Assembly (NCBI RefSeq): GCF_037042905.1
Contig: NC_087251.1
Location: forward strand, 40,364,001 to 40,428,000
DNA: 64,000 nt
Direction of reading: 5' to 3'
From: Lytechinus pictus
Taxonomy: Eukaryota
Part shown: positions 1 to 12,479 of the stretch, piece after piece
Layout of the letters: the number at the start of each line of letters is the position of its first letter
How positions within the stretch are numbered: the stretch's first letter is position 1
Program-made: the position numbers and the translations under genes
Notes under the pieces: model-generated
The model's input: the letters and a program-made list of their open reading frames with translations, nothing else
The model's database searches: none
What the model was told of the DNA's origin: nothing

Positions 1-318
1 ACACAAAATGTTGAAACAATGATAATTAAACTGGTTCAGGGAGGAATAAAACTTTGTTTCACCTGATAACAAGGAGAAAATTTGAATATTCCATTTGATA
101 AATACAAAAGAAATAGTAAGTGGATGATGTCATCAGGCCACTCATTGCATACCGACCAGGATGTGAATATAACTTTTACGTGAAATTCAGCAAAACTTTG
201 AAATGTCATAACTTTCTTATTTTACATCAGATTTTGATGAAATTTTCAGTGTTATGCTTGTTGGATTTTTCTATTTTGATTCAAACCAACTTTTTGCTGG
301 GGTGGTCTTGTCCTTTAA
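1..318. mobile_element. Right part of TTAA-target MITE, family B (Kolobok/T2-like)
   Basis: Ends in GGGGTGGTCTTGTCCT|TTAA. Body matches the copies at 18291-18848, 28611-29138 and 50916-51417. Confidence 0.8.
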
Positions 319-799
319 AATTATCAGAGAGTTTGTTCCATAGTTGAGGGTCTGCATATTGAAATGCTCTTTGCCCATAGGATAGTGTGGATAGTTTAAG
401 AGGGACAAAAACTTTCTGTAACTTGAATGTACCTGCCTTTTGGGGTCAAACTCATTGAAAGGCTGTATGTGTTGTAAGTGAGGGGCCAATTTTTGCTGAC
501 ATTCAAGTGCCACTACAAGAAGTTTGAATATCAAAGCGCAAGTCAGGATTTGTAAGCGCCTCCTATGTTGACAGGTTGGAATTATGCTCCCCAGGATGTG
601 GAGAATGTGCACACATTTGGTGTGGTTAAGACTGACTGAATGCAGTCACTAGGGTGTAAGTGCCATCTAAATATCAATGTAGTTGCATAATTTATATCCA
701 GTTGTGATTATTCTTCCCACAACTAGTAAGATTAATTAGAATAAATGAATAAGATTCGTATACACATTATTTCATGTTATTTCTTCCCCCAAACTACAG

Positions 800-1212
800 G
801 AACATCTTTCTTTGGATCAATAGCCAGCTCAATACAGGGCTCTATATTCCAGCCCACCCTTCAAACAGTGCGAAGCATCACCATCAATCAGCTCCATAGA
901 AGAGGACCGCTGCGCAAGAAACCCAACCCCAATAAGACATTTGCAATGGACATGCGTCCCCAAATGAAGGGGGTGGTACTGAAGACCTTGATTCGTAAGC
1001 CTAAGAAACCCAATTCAGCCAACAGGAAGTGCGCCAAGGTGAGGCTAAGCAATGGTCGAGAGGTAGTGGCCTTTATCCCGGGAGAAGGCCATAATCTTCA
1101 AGAACATAACATTGTCTTGGTGGAAGGTGGCAGGACGCAAGACTTGCCTGGTGTCAAACATACCGTCATCAGGGGGAAATATGACTGTGGACATGTCGTC
1201 AAGAGGAAATGA
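800..1212 (+). CDS. MRPS12: Mitochondrial ribosomal protein S12 (uS12m), last coding exon; upstream exon not identified
   Basis: Motifs [45 protein letters not shown] and RGKYD are of the metazoan mitochondrial type. Polypyrimidine tract plus CAG acceptor ending at 799 (phase 1). Stop TGA at 1210-1212. Confidence 0.95.
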
Positions 1213-1575
1213 ACTCTGGATTCATTGTAAAACAATGTTTCGCACCATGTGTTGAATGTTGGATCAAGTTTTAGCTTCAGCAGAAAGATCAGCAGTAATA
1301 TATCGGGTACATCTTGACAGTTCCTAGGCCTGCAGTGAAGGTTATTTCATACATTGTGTTCTTATTATCCTTAACATCGAATGCAGTGTGTATTGGGTCT
1401 TCCAACCTTGAAAATGGAAACATCAATTTATTCAAGATGAGACTCAATTTAGAATTATTAATGTATGAGAAGTTATGTGAGGGGTTTATGTTGATTTCTC
1501 ATAAATTGCAATGTCATCTGTCACATGTTTTTATTGATCTATCAATTAAAAACCTGAAATATCTATAATAATGAT

Positions 1576-1589
1576 AATAAAAGAATAAA
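1576..1589 (+). terminator. Tandem AATAAA polyadenylation signals of MRPS12
   Basis: AATAAA at 1576-1581 and 1584-1589, about 370 nt after the stop, followed by GT/T-rich sequence. Confidence 0.6.
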
Positions 1590-2935
1590 GGTGTTATTTT
1601 ATAAAGCGCGCACACTGTCGAAGACGCTCGTGGTGCTAGCCCAGCAACACCTCCTTCAGGTGCCCGAAACATTTTTATTACTGATTTTTTTTTTTTTTTT
1701 TTTTCCTTAGCTAGTTTCATGTGTGAAACTCTTTTTTTAATAAGAGGGCGGGGGGGGGGGGGGGTCGAAACATACATAATTAAAACAATTGTCTGCTTGC
1801 TGCCATTTATCGTATAGCTACCAGCCTACCAATACTACATGAAAGTTAAAATCTGAAAGTGGTTGTATTAAAAAAAAAAAATTCACTAATACGTAAAAAA
1901 ATGAATCAGCTTCAACTCAGAATACATTTAATAAAAATAGGGAAAGATGACCTGTTCTTGAATAATCTGAAGAAAAGAACCATTTACAGTTAATACATAT
2001 ACAAATACATGACTTACGAATCTTTGCAAGTTCAGGACCCTTCCCCACTTTCAAAGGCATTATGCAATTACAGACCTGGATTCATATTCCATCAATCTGG
2101 TATGGACCATTTGACTCTAAAAAGCGGGGCGGCCTTAGTACCCCCTGCTCTGTGGCCCCCATTACAGAAGGCATCGTGAACCTTTTTTTTTTCTTAATCA
2201 ATGGCGATTTGATGAACGTTCATACATGTAGAGGTCATTACGTGCTCAGGATGATATCTTATTCTGTCTGTTATTTTTTTCTTTTGTTTGTCTAGAAGTG
2301 TTTTACACAAAATAATTTCTTGAAATGGTGATGACCTCTAATTGTCAGGCACTTCACTGTACAGTGAAGGAAAGCAAGGATTCATACAAGTCTCAATCTG
2401 TCTCAATCAGTGTTGATATTGTACAAGGTTTGTAATAATTAGTTTTACCCAAGCTTATCTGAGATTATGCTGAACCACAAAATAGCATGAAAATATTCTT
2501 GGGCATCAGTGCAGAGGGTTAATTTCGTTTTTTTTTTTTTGGGGGGGGGGGTGGTGGCATCTATTGTTGCATCCCACCCCCCGCCAAGGAAAATACATGG
2601 TCTCAAACTGCTTTGTAATAATCTGTAAATTTATGTTTAAAAATTCCTATATTTCATTGTAAACAAGTGAAAAGGAACAAAATATAAATACAAATATACC
2701 ACACATTGTTGTTTGTATTGTTATGATAGTAGTGTGATAATTGAAACCAAAAGAGCATTGATCAAAGAAAGAGAGGGAAAGAGAGAGAGGAGATAGTGAG
2801 AGGGGGACACCCATTTGAATTTAAAAATTCAAAACCATATCTTGTTACAGTACAAATGTGGTTTATATATATATGTATATATATATTTCTATATATATTT
2901 ATGTATCTTTCTTTCTATATCTTTATATATATATA

Positions 2936-3753
2936 CAGTGCGTCCCACAAAAAACGAAACCGAGATTTATCGATGATTTATCATAACTTAATCGCAAATA
3001 CAATAGACAAATGACCTACCATTTTAAAGCTTAAAATCTCTTCTTTCATCTGATATTACTTAGATTATTTCTCATTCACGCATGAGTGAGCAAAAACAAT
3101 TTGAAAAGGGGATACCAAAAGTCACTTGGCGGGCCGTATCTGGGTTTTAAAAAGAAAACCACATTTCTAAAAAGTTCAATATCTGCTCTTTAATTTGATA
3201 CCTCAATTACAGAAAATGGTCAAGAAATAACAAAGTTCTCGTTATTTGAAATAAGGCTTGAATTTCAATAATTTCATGAAATGAAGAGGTTTTAGAGGCT
3301 AGCGTTCAAACTCACTCGACACTCCGTTTTGTTGACGATCAGCCATGCATTAATTCTTTTGTTACCGTGCGATAGCTTCAGTGGGAAACCGGTGAAAACA
3401 CGTTTATTTAATGAAATTATGGAAATACAAGCATTGTTTCGAGGGATCATAACTTTTTTACTACTTGACCATTTTCTGTGATTTAGGTATCAAAGAAAAG
3501 AGAAGATATCGAACTTTTTAGTCATGTGATTTTCTTTTTGAAATTCAGATACCCCCCGCCAAATGAGTTTTTGGCATCCTTTCTTCGAATTGTTTTTGCT
3601 CAATCATGCGTGAATGAGGAATAATCTAAGTAATACCAGATAAAAGAGGAGATTCCAAGCTTTACATTGGTAGGTCATTTGTCTATTTTATTTATGATTA
3701 AGTTATGATAAATCATCGCTAAATCTCGGTTTCGTTTTTTCTGGGACGCACTG
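2936..3753. mobile_element. Tc1/mariner-type non-autonomous foldback element (818 bp)
   Basis: TA|CAGTGCGTCCCACAAAAAACGAAACCGAGATTTA ... TAAATCTCGGTTTCGTTTTTTCTGGGACGCACTG|TA. Imperfect inverted arms of about 300 bp, inserted in a TA-rich tract. Confidence 0.9.
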
Positions 3754-3773
3754 TATATTTATGTATGTATATA

Positions 3774-4706
3774 CACTGTTGGTCATAATGGTGGAATAAT
3801 TATTTTTACCCCAGTTTAGGGAAGGATTTAAAAAAATTATTTATTTCTAATAGATCTAGATAATGGCATACATTCTCAGATTTTATTGAATATTGATTTG
3901 CGAGTGTTTCTTTTGCGTGACTGCTAAATCATATGTGTGCTACTATGCTAATCAGCTAGGGAACCTACGTCCTTAAATCATAATTGACAGTAATGAGGAT
4001 TAATGCCTCACAAAAGGGCACTTATATAGCTAATCGACACGATTTTTATCCTGGGGCCTCACAGTAACGAGGCCATTACTTAGCCCCTGAATCATGACTG
4101 TACGCAGTGTTTGCTAGGGTACGCGGCCGCCCCCACAAATCCCCCAAAACGAAGAAAATGCAATAAATTGTCAAAAATTCATTGCAATTTCCCCCCGCCC
4201 CCAACAGGAAAAATTTCTCTGTGTGGCCATGCCTTGAACCATAATGCATGGCCCTACAGAGGAATTTTTCCTGTTGGGGGCCGGGGGAAAATGCAATAAA
4301 TTTTTGACAATTTATTGCATTTTCTTCGTTTTGGGGGATTTGTGGAAGGGGCCGCGTACCCTAGCAAACACTGCGTACAGTCATGATTCAGGGGCTAAGC
4401 AATGGCCTCGTTACTGTGAGGCCCCAGGATAAAAATCGTGTCGATCAGCTATATATCAGTGCCCTTTTGTGAGGCATTAATCCTCATTACTGTCAATCAT
4501 GACTTAAGGACGTAGGTCCCTTAGCTGATTAGCATAGTAACACACATATGATGAAGCAGTCACGCAAAACAAATACTCGCAAATTAGTATTCAATAAAAT
4601 CTGAGAATGTATGCCATTATCTAGATCTATTAGAAATAAATAATTTTTAAAAATCCTTCCCTAAACTGGGGTAAAAATAAATATTCCACCTTTATGACCA
4701 ACAGTG
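3774..4706. mobile_element. Near-perfect palindromic foldback MITE (933 bp), TA target
   Basis: TA|CACTGTTGGTCATAA ... TTATGACCAACAGTG|TA. Arms of about 460 bp pair up to CCATGC/GCATGG, leaving a 13-nt spacer at 4233-4245. Confidence 0.92.
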
Positions 4707-4776
4707 TATATATATATATAGGTAGGTAAGTATATAGGGATATACTGCAATATCTAATAGTGCTCGACTGTGTAGG

Positions 4777-4838
4777 AGCTGAGTATAAATATCGCTGATG
4801 AGCCTTAGGGTGAAACAGTCTGTACGACTAGCTTAGTT
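4777..4838 (+). ncRNA. Type I hammerhead ribozyme (minimal, palindromic helix III; Penelope-like/retrozyme type)
   Basis: Helix I TCG(4792-94)/CGA(4825-27); core CTGATGA 4795-4801; helix II GCC-TTAG-GGT; GAAA 4812-15; helix III ACAG-T-CTGT; GUA cleavage triplet 4822-24; distal helix I AGCTGAGT/GCTTAGTT. Confidence 0.8.
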
Positions 4839-4851
4839 AAGCAATCCAACC

Positions 4852-4885
<34 letters not shown>

Positions 4886-5409
4886 CTTTCATATATACAT
4901 ACCTGTACAGTATATTAATCCACTAACATTACTTACATGGAAATAAAGGAAAATCAATAACAAACTAATGGATACATACATTTATAAAAAAAAATCATGC
5001 GTAAAGCTTTGATAAAGATTCAGTAATCCCACAAAGGTGTAGTGACCATTTTTTTATACTTCCGTTGGAACTTTACCTTTGGGAATATCTAGCGCCCTTC
5101 CTTTTAAATGTTGGTATTTTATTTTTAAAAGTCACTTCGAACACATTCAATGTTTTAGTGAATGTGTATATAGGGCAGCGCGAGTGTTTTTTGATTGGGG
5201 GTCTTATTTACTGCAGCGTTAATAGAAATTCTTGTTACTATGAGCATAGGTGGATCGAGCCCCCCCCCCCCCCTATTGGCGGAGCATAAAAGAAGGGGGA
5301 AGAAAAAAAAAGAAGGGGAAAAATATGAGGAAAAAGACGAGTGAATAAAATAAGATGTGGGGGAAGACTTGGAAAATGATTTTTAAAAATCATGTCACTG
5401 AAAAAAAAA

Positions 5410-6790
5410 TTTCGCTCTCGCTCCCATTATTTAGCTTAAAATATCAAATTTTGAAGTCAATGTACAAAACATATTTTAGCTCAGAAATCGAACTTTCATT
5501 ATTTTGTTTGATTTACAAATTGATTTTTTCAAAGTGCTCTGTAAATTTTTTTAATGGTATGAATACGAACATTTTCTGCTCTCGCTGCGCGCTCGCAAAA
5601 TATGATTTGTCAGGTACCTTAACCTGTATTCCATAGAGTTCTCAAATTATCCCTATTCGGGTCAGATTGTCAAAACGAATCTAGCTCTGCACGCTCGCCC
5701 TTTTGTGAGTTATGTATACCTCAATATTAATTCTATAACAAACTAATTAAAATCCCCATTTCATGACAGTTTATCAACAATTTCGGCTCGCGATTTGCGC
5801 TCTCATTGACTGTTGCTTTAAATGTCCAGTTTTCAGGCCATATAATATTAACAGATTTCGCGCTCTCATTAGGCTTATTAGATTAATAAAAACGATATTA
5901 ATTTAATGATCAAATTGTTCCATTTTCAGAATGGAATATCGACAAGTTTAATCTCGTGCTTAGGAAAAGAAATAGGAAGATAGTCATCATTTTCATATGA
6001 TGACATAATGTTCTTAGAATGTCCCGGTCTCATGTCAAATCTCAAAGTAATAATAATCTTTTTTAACTATGATCCATATCCACCTCACAATTTTCCTACA
6101 TATGGCTTGAAATACAGAGCTTGAATTGACCCTTTTTAGATCGGAATATCGAATATTTTAAACTCGCGCTTCGCGCTCGCTTTATTGATTTTCATGATAA
6201 AAAAGGTATTTAGAATGCCCAGATTCAAGGTCGAACTCTGAAACACGCGCGTGCATATTTATTCAGATACGCAGCTTGTTCTATACATTTAAATCAGGGG
6301 CGGATCCAGGATTTTCCAAAAGGGGGGGTAAATTTTTCGGAGGATATTTCGTACCCGAAAAAAATTGACAAGCAAAAAAAAAAGGTTTTCAACCACAAAT
6401 AAAGGATATTTCGTACCTGAAAAAATTTGACAAGCCAAAACAGGGGGGGGGTCTTTAGTTTATAAAGAGGGGGCACATCTCAGTTTGAATGGCATTTTTA
6501 CATTACAAATTTTAATTTTGCTTCTCAAAGGGGGGGGCACGTAGGGGGGGGGGCACGTGCCCCCCCCCCCCTGGATCCGCGCCTGATTTAAATCATCCAG
6601 TTTCAGATCACAATATCAAACAATTTCTGTTCGCGCCTTGCGCTCGTTCGTTTCGTTCGCATCATTCGTTTGGTGAGATGTGCTTGCATTGTCTATTGAG
6701 TCTACACATTTTGTTCTTTATGGAAAAACGTTTCACAACGTATAGTTTTGATCAAGTCGGAATATCAAAATTTGTTAAGCATGATACCCT
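5410..6790. repeat. Degenerate interspersed repeat built of subunits carrying CGCGCTTCGCGCTCGC-like motifs
   Basis: The motif recurs at about 5413, 5580, 5795, 6164 and 6632. Related segments lie at 29180-29400 and 30160-30400. Confidence 0.55.
6295..6585. mobile_element. hAT-type MITE with 8-bp target site duplication
   Basis: TIR CAGGGGCGGATCCAG / CTGGATCCGCGCCTG, flanked on both sides by ATTTAAAT (6287-6294 and 6586-6593). Confidence 0.88.
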
Positions 6791-6849
6791 TCGTTTTCAT
6801 TATTACAAGAAGTGCAAAATTGTCGCATTTTTAAGTCTCGATAAAAGTC

Positions 6850-7247
6850 TCGATTAACAGAAAGAAAATCAAGCCTAAGCCATTTCATTTGGATCACTGC
6901 TTTGTGTAATCACGGTGTGTGCGGATGGGGGTGCATTGACGTTCGATGAAGTGTTTTGGGCAAGGAAATAAGTTAAAAAGGTAAAAGATACCTTCAATTC
7001 ATTCTTCTCAGCCAAAGTCCATGTGCTCTTCATGATTAACGTTTACTTTTATCCAAATAATTATTTCCGATTTCTGCGCAAATCATTTTTCACAAACTTT
7101 TTAAAAGTGAGTGGTGCTCAAAGATTTTTCAACAGTTGTATCGTCCTTCGATTAAAGAGACCTCTATCAATGTATAAATGTGGAAAAAGCTTGAAGATAT
7201 TACAAATGTATTATTTTATAGGATTATTTCTTAGTGTAAACTTTAAC
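6850..7247. repeat. Interspersed repeat, copy 1 (copy 2 at about 38320-38720)
   Basis: About 400 bp of colinear similarity, e.g. GATTAACAGAA..GCCTAAGCCATTTCATT and CAATTTCTGCGCA.ATCATTTTTCACAAA. Confidence 0.75.
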
Positions 7248-8276
7248 TAATATGTCAACACTCCACACCAACAAGTCAAGCTAACATATAACCTAAACTT
7301 TAAGTTCTAAAATTTAACCTTTAACTATCAATAAATTTGTCAAATATTACATATTCTAAATAATGACACTACAATGCCTAACCACCTGTGCAACCGCCAT
7401 GTTCCTCTTCAATTTTCCTTTGCCAACTTTTTTCTCTAATTTTATAATTACTATTTTAAATTTATCATTATTTTTGTTATCATTGTAATTGTTATTGAAA
7501 TTACTTTCACTTATTTTTGTAGTCGCTTATTCGCTTTATTTCCGGCTTTATTTTCATATATTGTAGATTTCTTGTTTTAAGCTCGTCTCAGTCCGTCTTC
7601 AGTATTGTACATAGTTTTGTTAATTAGCATTGAAACTTAAGTTTAGGGACTTGCCTTTTATACAAGCATTGCTTTTCCTGTCAAGTCGGTTAATTATTTA
7701 TCCTCAATATTTGTTACGAAATGTCAGTGGATTGTCTGTATTATTTTGAATATGTACTGTTACTCCGATTGATTTTTCTTGAACGAAAATAAATCTAAAT
7801 CTAACAAAATAAAGTTTAGAATTTAGACTATACATAATTCACTAAAAACAGAGAGAGAGAGAGAGAGAAGGAGTCGTTGTATTTGGGTCGGGTTTATTGC
7901 GGTTTACATACCCGTTGTCCTCGTGTTGTGACCCTGACCTCAACAATTGCTCCTCCCCCCCCCCCCCCCCTGTAATGCTCTCTCTCGTTTTCTGCTAGCC
8001 ACTCACTGGAGTAGACCATGGACCTATAATACAGTAGACTGACCGAATAAAAATTTATGATCTTCCATTTGGAGTGGGATATTCATTTATGATGGCGAAT
8101 TGGCGATGCAAAATACAAATATGTATAGCAATCATGACGGCTCGGTGACGGCTAGGCCTATACAATGATTCGAAATGATTTTTACTTGATATTTTTTGTA
8201 TTATGAGAGAAAAGTTAGCACAGGTGCCCGTAACGTGCTTAACGTGTTTTGGGGCTCACTATACGTCTTCAACCAC

Positions 8277-8307
<31 letters not shown>

Positions 8308-8525
8308 GGCTTGGGGCACAGGAACCTCTCCCAGCCCCCCCCCCCTCCCCACCCAATAAAAGGGGGTAGGAAATATTTCCAAGGGAACGAATAAAAGAGC
8401 ACTATATATACAAATAATAATTTTCACTTACAAAGTAGATAAATTGTATGCGGATTTTTTATTTGATTTGTTTTGAATGCAAGTTTTTCTTTAAGTATTG
8501 AAGGTAAGCATGGCAATCTTCCCGG

Positions 8526-8726
8526 TTCCATGACATTTGCTCCGGCGACAATTATTGCTCCGATGTGAAATCTGCATGTTAAGGAAAACCTAAAACCTAG
8601 CCTCCAAAACTATATAAACCTTAATCCTAATCTTTACATTACTCTGACCCCAAAACTCTATACTATCGTAACTCTAACCCTATTCCATCCGAGATATTCA
8701 GACCGGAGCAAATTTCGCAGGAGCAT
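8526..8726. repeat. Short MITE-like repeat with TTTGCTCCGG/CCGGAGCAAA ends
   Basis: Inverted end motifs and a TAACCC-like interior. An inverted related copy lies at about 51505-51650. Confidence 0.55.
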
Positions 8727-10219
8727 CTTCACCATCTTCCCTCTATACTGTGATCTACTTCCCTGAACTACTTTTGATTTTATGGTCTGCAGGACGTCAT
8801 TTGAAACCATCGGCTGACCTAAACCTGACCTGATTACAATTAATAGTCTTGAATATCAGTCCTGAACTTGAAGAGTATATAGCAGCAAACTTGCAAGTCA
8901 GCGCGTTACAATAGGCTGCAGCAACCAAGTACAAAAAAAAGAAAGTTCAAAGTTCTAATATTTTTCTCTTTCTTTCCTCTTAACATGCACAAAATAATAT
9001 ACAAAACTTTGAAATTAATAACATTAAAAAACAGAGAAATTAAAAAAATAGAAAATAAATGAAGGTATGTATGCATGTAAATGAATGGCAAATAAGAACA
9101 TAACAATGACTGAGAAAGACGAGAAGACCTCAAGGAATCATAGCTTGTAAAAAAAATGTCATAAAAAGAATCATGCACATCTATTACATCCATGACAGTG
9201 CTTCCACTCTTTCTGGAATCCAGGAAATTCCACGAAGTTATCATTTTCGGGAATGATATAATTTTCTGAATATTATGTCAAAATTTATTACAAAATTTGA
9301 TCTTTTTAATCATAAACTTTGGCCGTTTCGTCATGTTTCGCCCCCTCAATTTTTTTGGCTCAATTACGGCACAAAAATTTCATTTTTGTGTGTGAATAGA
9401 AGAGAATTATAACTTATGGAAGACTGGAGAACATTCGGAAAGTTCCAGGAACTTTCAGAGTAAATTCCAAGAAGTTCCGTTTTGAAAAGTGGAAGCACTG
9501 ATCCATGATTACAATTTCTTTGAGTTAGCCGATATAACATGTAATGTATTTAGGCCTCCCCTTTGTGTAGCCTCGATAAGATCTAATGTTTGGAATTAAG
9601 CCACAGTATACGGTACCAAAATAAGCCAAAATTCGGCAGATAACTATTGATAAAAAACGATGTAGGCCTACTTTTTTTTCAGTCTTTGTATACTTTGATA
9701 CTGATAGTGATAAAACTCTTCTACCCCCCCCCAAAAAAAAAAATTGTCACAATGCAGGATGGTTAACGAATAAGCGAATTTATGAAACATAAATATTCCT
9801 ACATCATAATGGCAAATAATGTTAATTATCAGTTTCTGTACATGTAGGTGGTGTGATTTTTTTTTCAATTTGACATCAACTGGTACTTTATAGAATTTCT
9901 GCATCAATTATGTTTACGATTGTTGGGTAATACCACATGGTGTATTGTTGAGGACGATGGGGTCAATCGTCATCTAAGAGTCAAAAGATTTTGAAGGAAT
10001 TCGTACTCTTTCGGTGATTTTTTTTTCAATGAAAAAATAGGTTTTCGGCACCTGCCTTTTGTGACCCAATGCTGCGTACGCAGGATTTTTGAAAGGGGTT
10101 CGTGCTGAATGAACAGTTGACAAGAAAAGAAAAAAAAATGGTCTTCAACAAAAAGTTGAGGTCGTTTCGTACTCCCCCCCCCAAAAAAAAATTGTCAAGC
10201 CAACAAAAAAATCGACTGT

Positions 10220-10397
10220 CTCATTTTGCATGCCACTGAGTTGTGCATATCACTGTTAAGTTGAAAATAAGCGAAACTTAAAAATGTCATAACTTTCTTA
10301 TTTTACTTCCGATTTGATGAAATTTTCAGCGTTATGCTTGTTTGACTTTTCTCTTTTGACTCAAATCAACATTTTCTGGGTTGGACTTGTCCTTTAA
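10220..10397. mobile_element. Family B TTAA MITE, right-end fragment
   Basis: Ends GGGTTGGACTTGTCCT|TTAA and carries the family subterminal motif CCGATTT.GATGAAATTTTCAGC. Confidence 0.75.
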
Positions 10398-10541
10398 AAG
10401 ATGAAAGTTGCTGCTGTGTGACGTTCGGCGATTAAAGGGATAGAGCCTCGTCGATCTGGCGCTGCACAGCGGCTGCCGGGCCCACGATTTATTAGGCAAA
10501 ACAAATTTTTCGGAGTATATCATTTCTTATGTCTATTTTAA

Positions 10542-11474
10542 GGACGTTCCACAGTTAAAGTGAAATCCATGTCATTTTCACCAAACTTTGCACATAGATA
10601 CTTTAGAACCTTAATATTCGAAATATGCAAAAATTAACATAGGTCCATGTGCTTGATTCTTTGCTATAGTGCTTCAAAGTTCACCCAAATTGATGTTCTT
10701 AAAAATTGCGCATTCAAAAGAATTTGGCATTTTTAGACCGCCCAAGATTACTACAATGAGTTTAAACCTCTATTACTCAGTCAAAATACATGAAAAAGTC
10801 ATCAAGTTTCGCAAGAGAGTTAAAAATTGTATCGTTAGAATGGAGAATCTATTTATAGTGCTATTTGTTTGCAATTTTAAGTTTAACAGCTCTGTCAGTT
10901 CTTAAAAAAGGCGTAAACGATAACAAAATCCCAATCTGAAAAATGTAAAATTTCAGTAACAAACTACAAACGTACAATAAATGCTGCACTTTATTCAAAA
11001 TCCATGTCATTTTCACCAAAATTTGCAGAGTTGTAGAGGAAGGTATACCTAAGAGGTACAAACATTGAAAATAGGGGTTCATGTGCTTGTTTTTAAACTA
11101 TCAGCATTTTTATTAGAGCAAATGTGCTTTTTAAAACACCAAAAATGCGCCGAATGCTTTGTATCTATGTGAAGAAAAAATCAAAATCACTCTACCATTT
11201 ATTCAAACTCGGGGTAATATCCGTGATTCTTGGCAGCAATGCAGAGTAAAGTATTTTGAAATTGTAGAATTTTTTTTTGAATGGTCCATGGAATAATTCA
11301 ATTTTTTAGCTTCATGAAATAACGCATCGGATCTGCAGTTAAAGTGCAGAAGATGAGAAAAATCAGCTCATACCCGCAGCTAATTAATCACTTGTTCATC
11401 CATTGTGACGTCAGCGCGCAGAGTGTAAACTATGCGCAGATCATAATGCGCACAAACATAACTGTGGAACGTCC
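10542..11474. mobile_element. 933-bp non-autonomous TTAA-target element (Kolobok-like RR...YY termini)
   Basis: Perfect 16-bp TIR GGACGTTCCACAGTTA / TAACTGTGGAACGTCC. TTAA at 10538-41 and 11475-78. Internal degenerate repeat AAATCCATGTCATTTTCACCAAA at about 10563 and 10998. Confidence 0.88.
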
Positions 11475-12097
11475 TTAAACAATAAAATGTGGATGTTCAT
11501 TTTTCATTTTTTAATAACAAGACAATGAGTTTCTACAAGAAATAGGACATTTGGACTTCATTATTTAGGGAGTTAGGGCAAATAGTATGATTTTGCATAC
11601 TGCGTATAAATTAGCATAATTAATAATTTTAATAGAAATTTTTCATTAAATAAATAACTATATAATTTTGAAGGTTATATGTAAAGGCAACGTGCGTGCC
11701 AGTCAACGGCCGAGATCTCAAGGGGTGGGGGACCCCCCATAATTATGTTGTCCCAAAATACCCGGGCCTCGATAAGGTTAATTCCTTTCAATAATTTTCA
11801 TTTCATTTCGTTTATTTTCCATTTCCAACAATCATTTACAATAAGTTTTGTTACATCTTGAAATGATTATTATCAATAAAACAAGGAAACTTATTATGTA
11901 TAATAATCAAGATAACCATGTATCAGGTCAGAAACGGAGGAAGCTGCTAAAAAGCGAAGCTTGTATAATGCAGCCTCCTATTACTCGTATGAACAATGTA
12001 AACAAAACACAAATACAACATGGTAGAAATTTGAGCATGAATCCATTTGAATGTACAGTTTAAAAAAGAAAGAAAGAAATAGAATAATGATACTAGC

Positions 12098-12346
12098 CAG
12101 AAGCGGATCTAGAGGGGGGTTGGGGGGGTTGCAACCCCCCCAAAAAAAAAAAATCCGGGGACCATTTTTTTTAATCTTATCTTTTTTTTTAAACTTGTAA
12201 TTTTATTTTCCCTACTGTGGGAGGGGGGACACCCCCCTCCCACACCCTCCCCCCTCGCTCGCTCCGCTCGCTTGGACTCGGTCGCTACGCTCCCTCGCAT
12301 ACCACCCCAACCCCCCCCCCTTTATAAAAAGCTGGATCCGCCCCTG
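12098..12346. mobile_element. MITE of the CAGGGGCGGATCC family
   Basis: CAGAAGCGGATCTAG ... CTGGATCCGCCCCTG with CTAGC on both flanks. Isolated ends of the same family occur near 26082, 36661 and 63951. Confidence 0.7.
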
Positions 12347-12479
12347 CTAGCTGTTATCATTTTTGTATCAATACACTTATTTCCCCTATTATCGGGGGGG
12401 GGGGGGGGGATGTTAGTTTACTTGTTCTTAAGTGCAATATTATTTCTTGGACGGTAGCATGAACCTATTAATATGGTGC

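Noticed and set aside
745..799. ORF-track start of S12 at 745, and reading the gene as bacterial rpsL
   Set aside because: 745-799 is intron (polypyrimidine tract plus CAG). The [11 protein letters not shown] motif, lack of an operon and eukaryotic context indicate nuclear-encoded mitochondrial S12.
4111..4432. Short ORFs in the palindrome
   Set aside because: They lie within the inverted arms of a non-coding foldback element and show no recognisable motifs.
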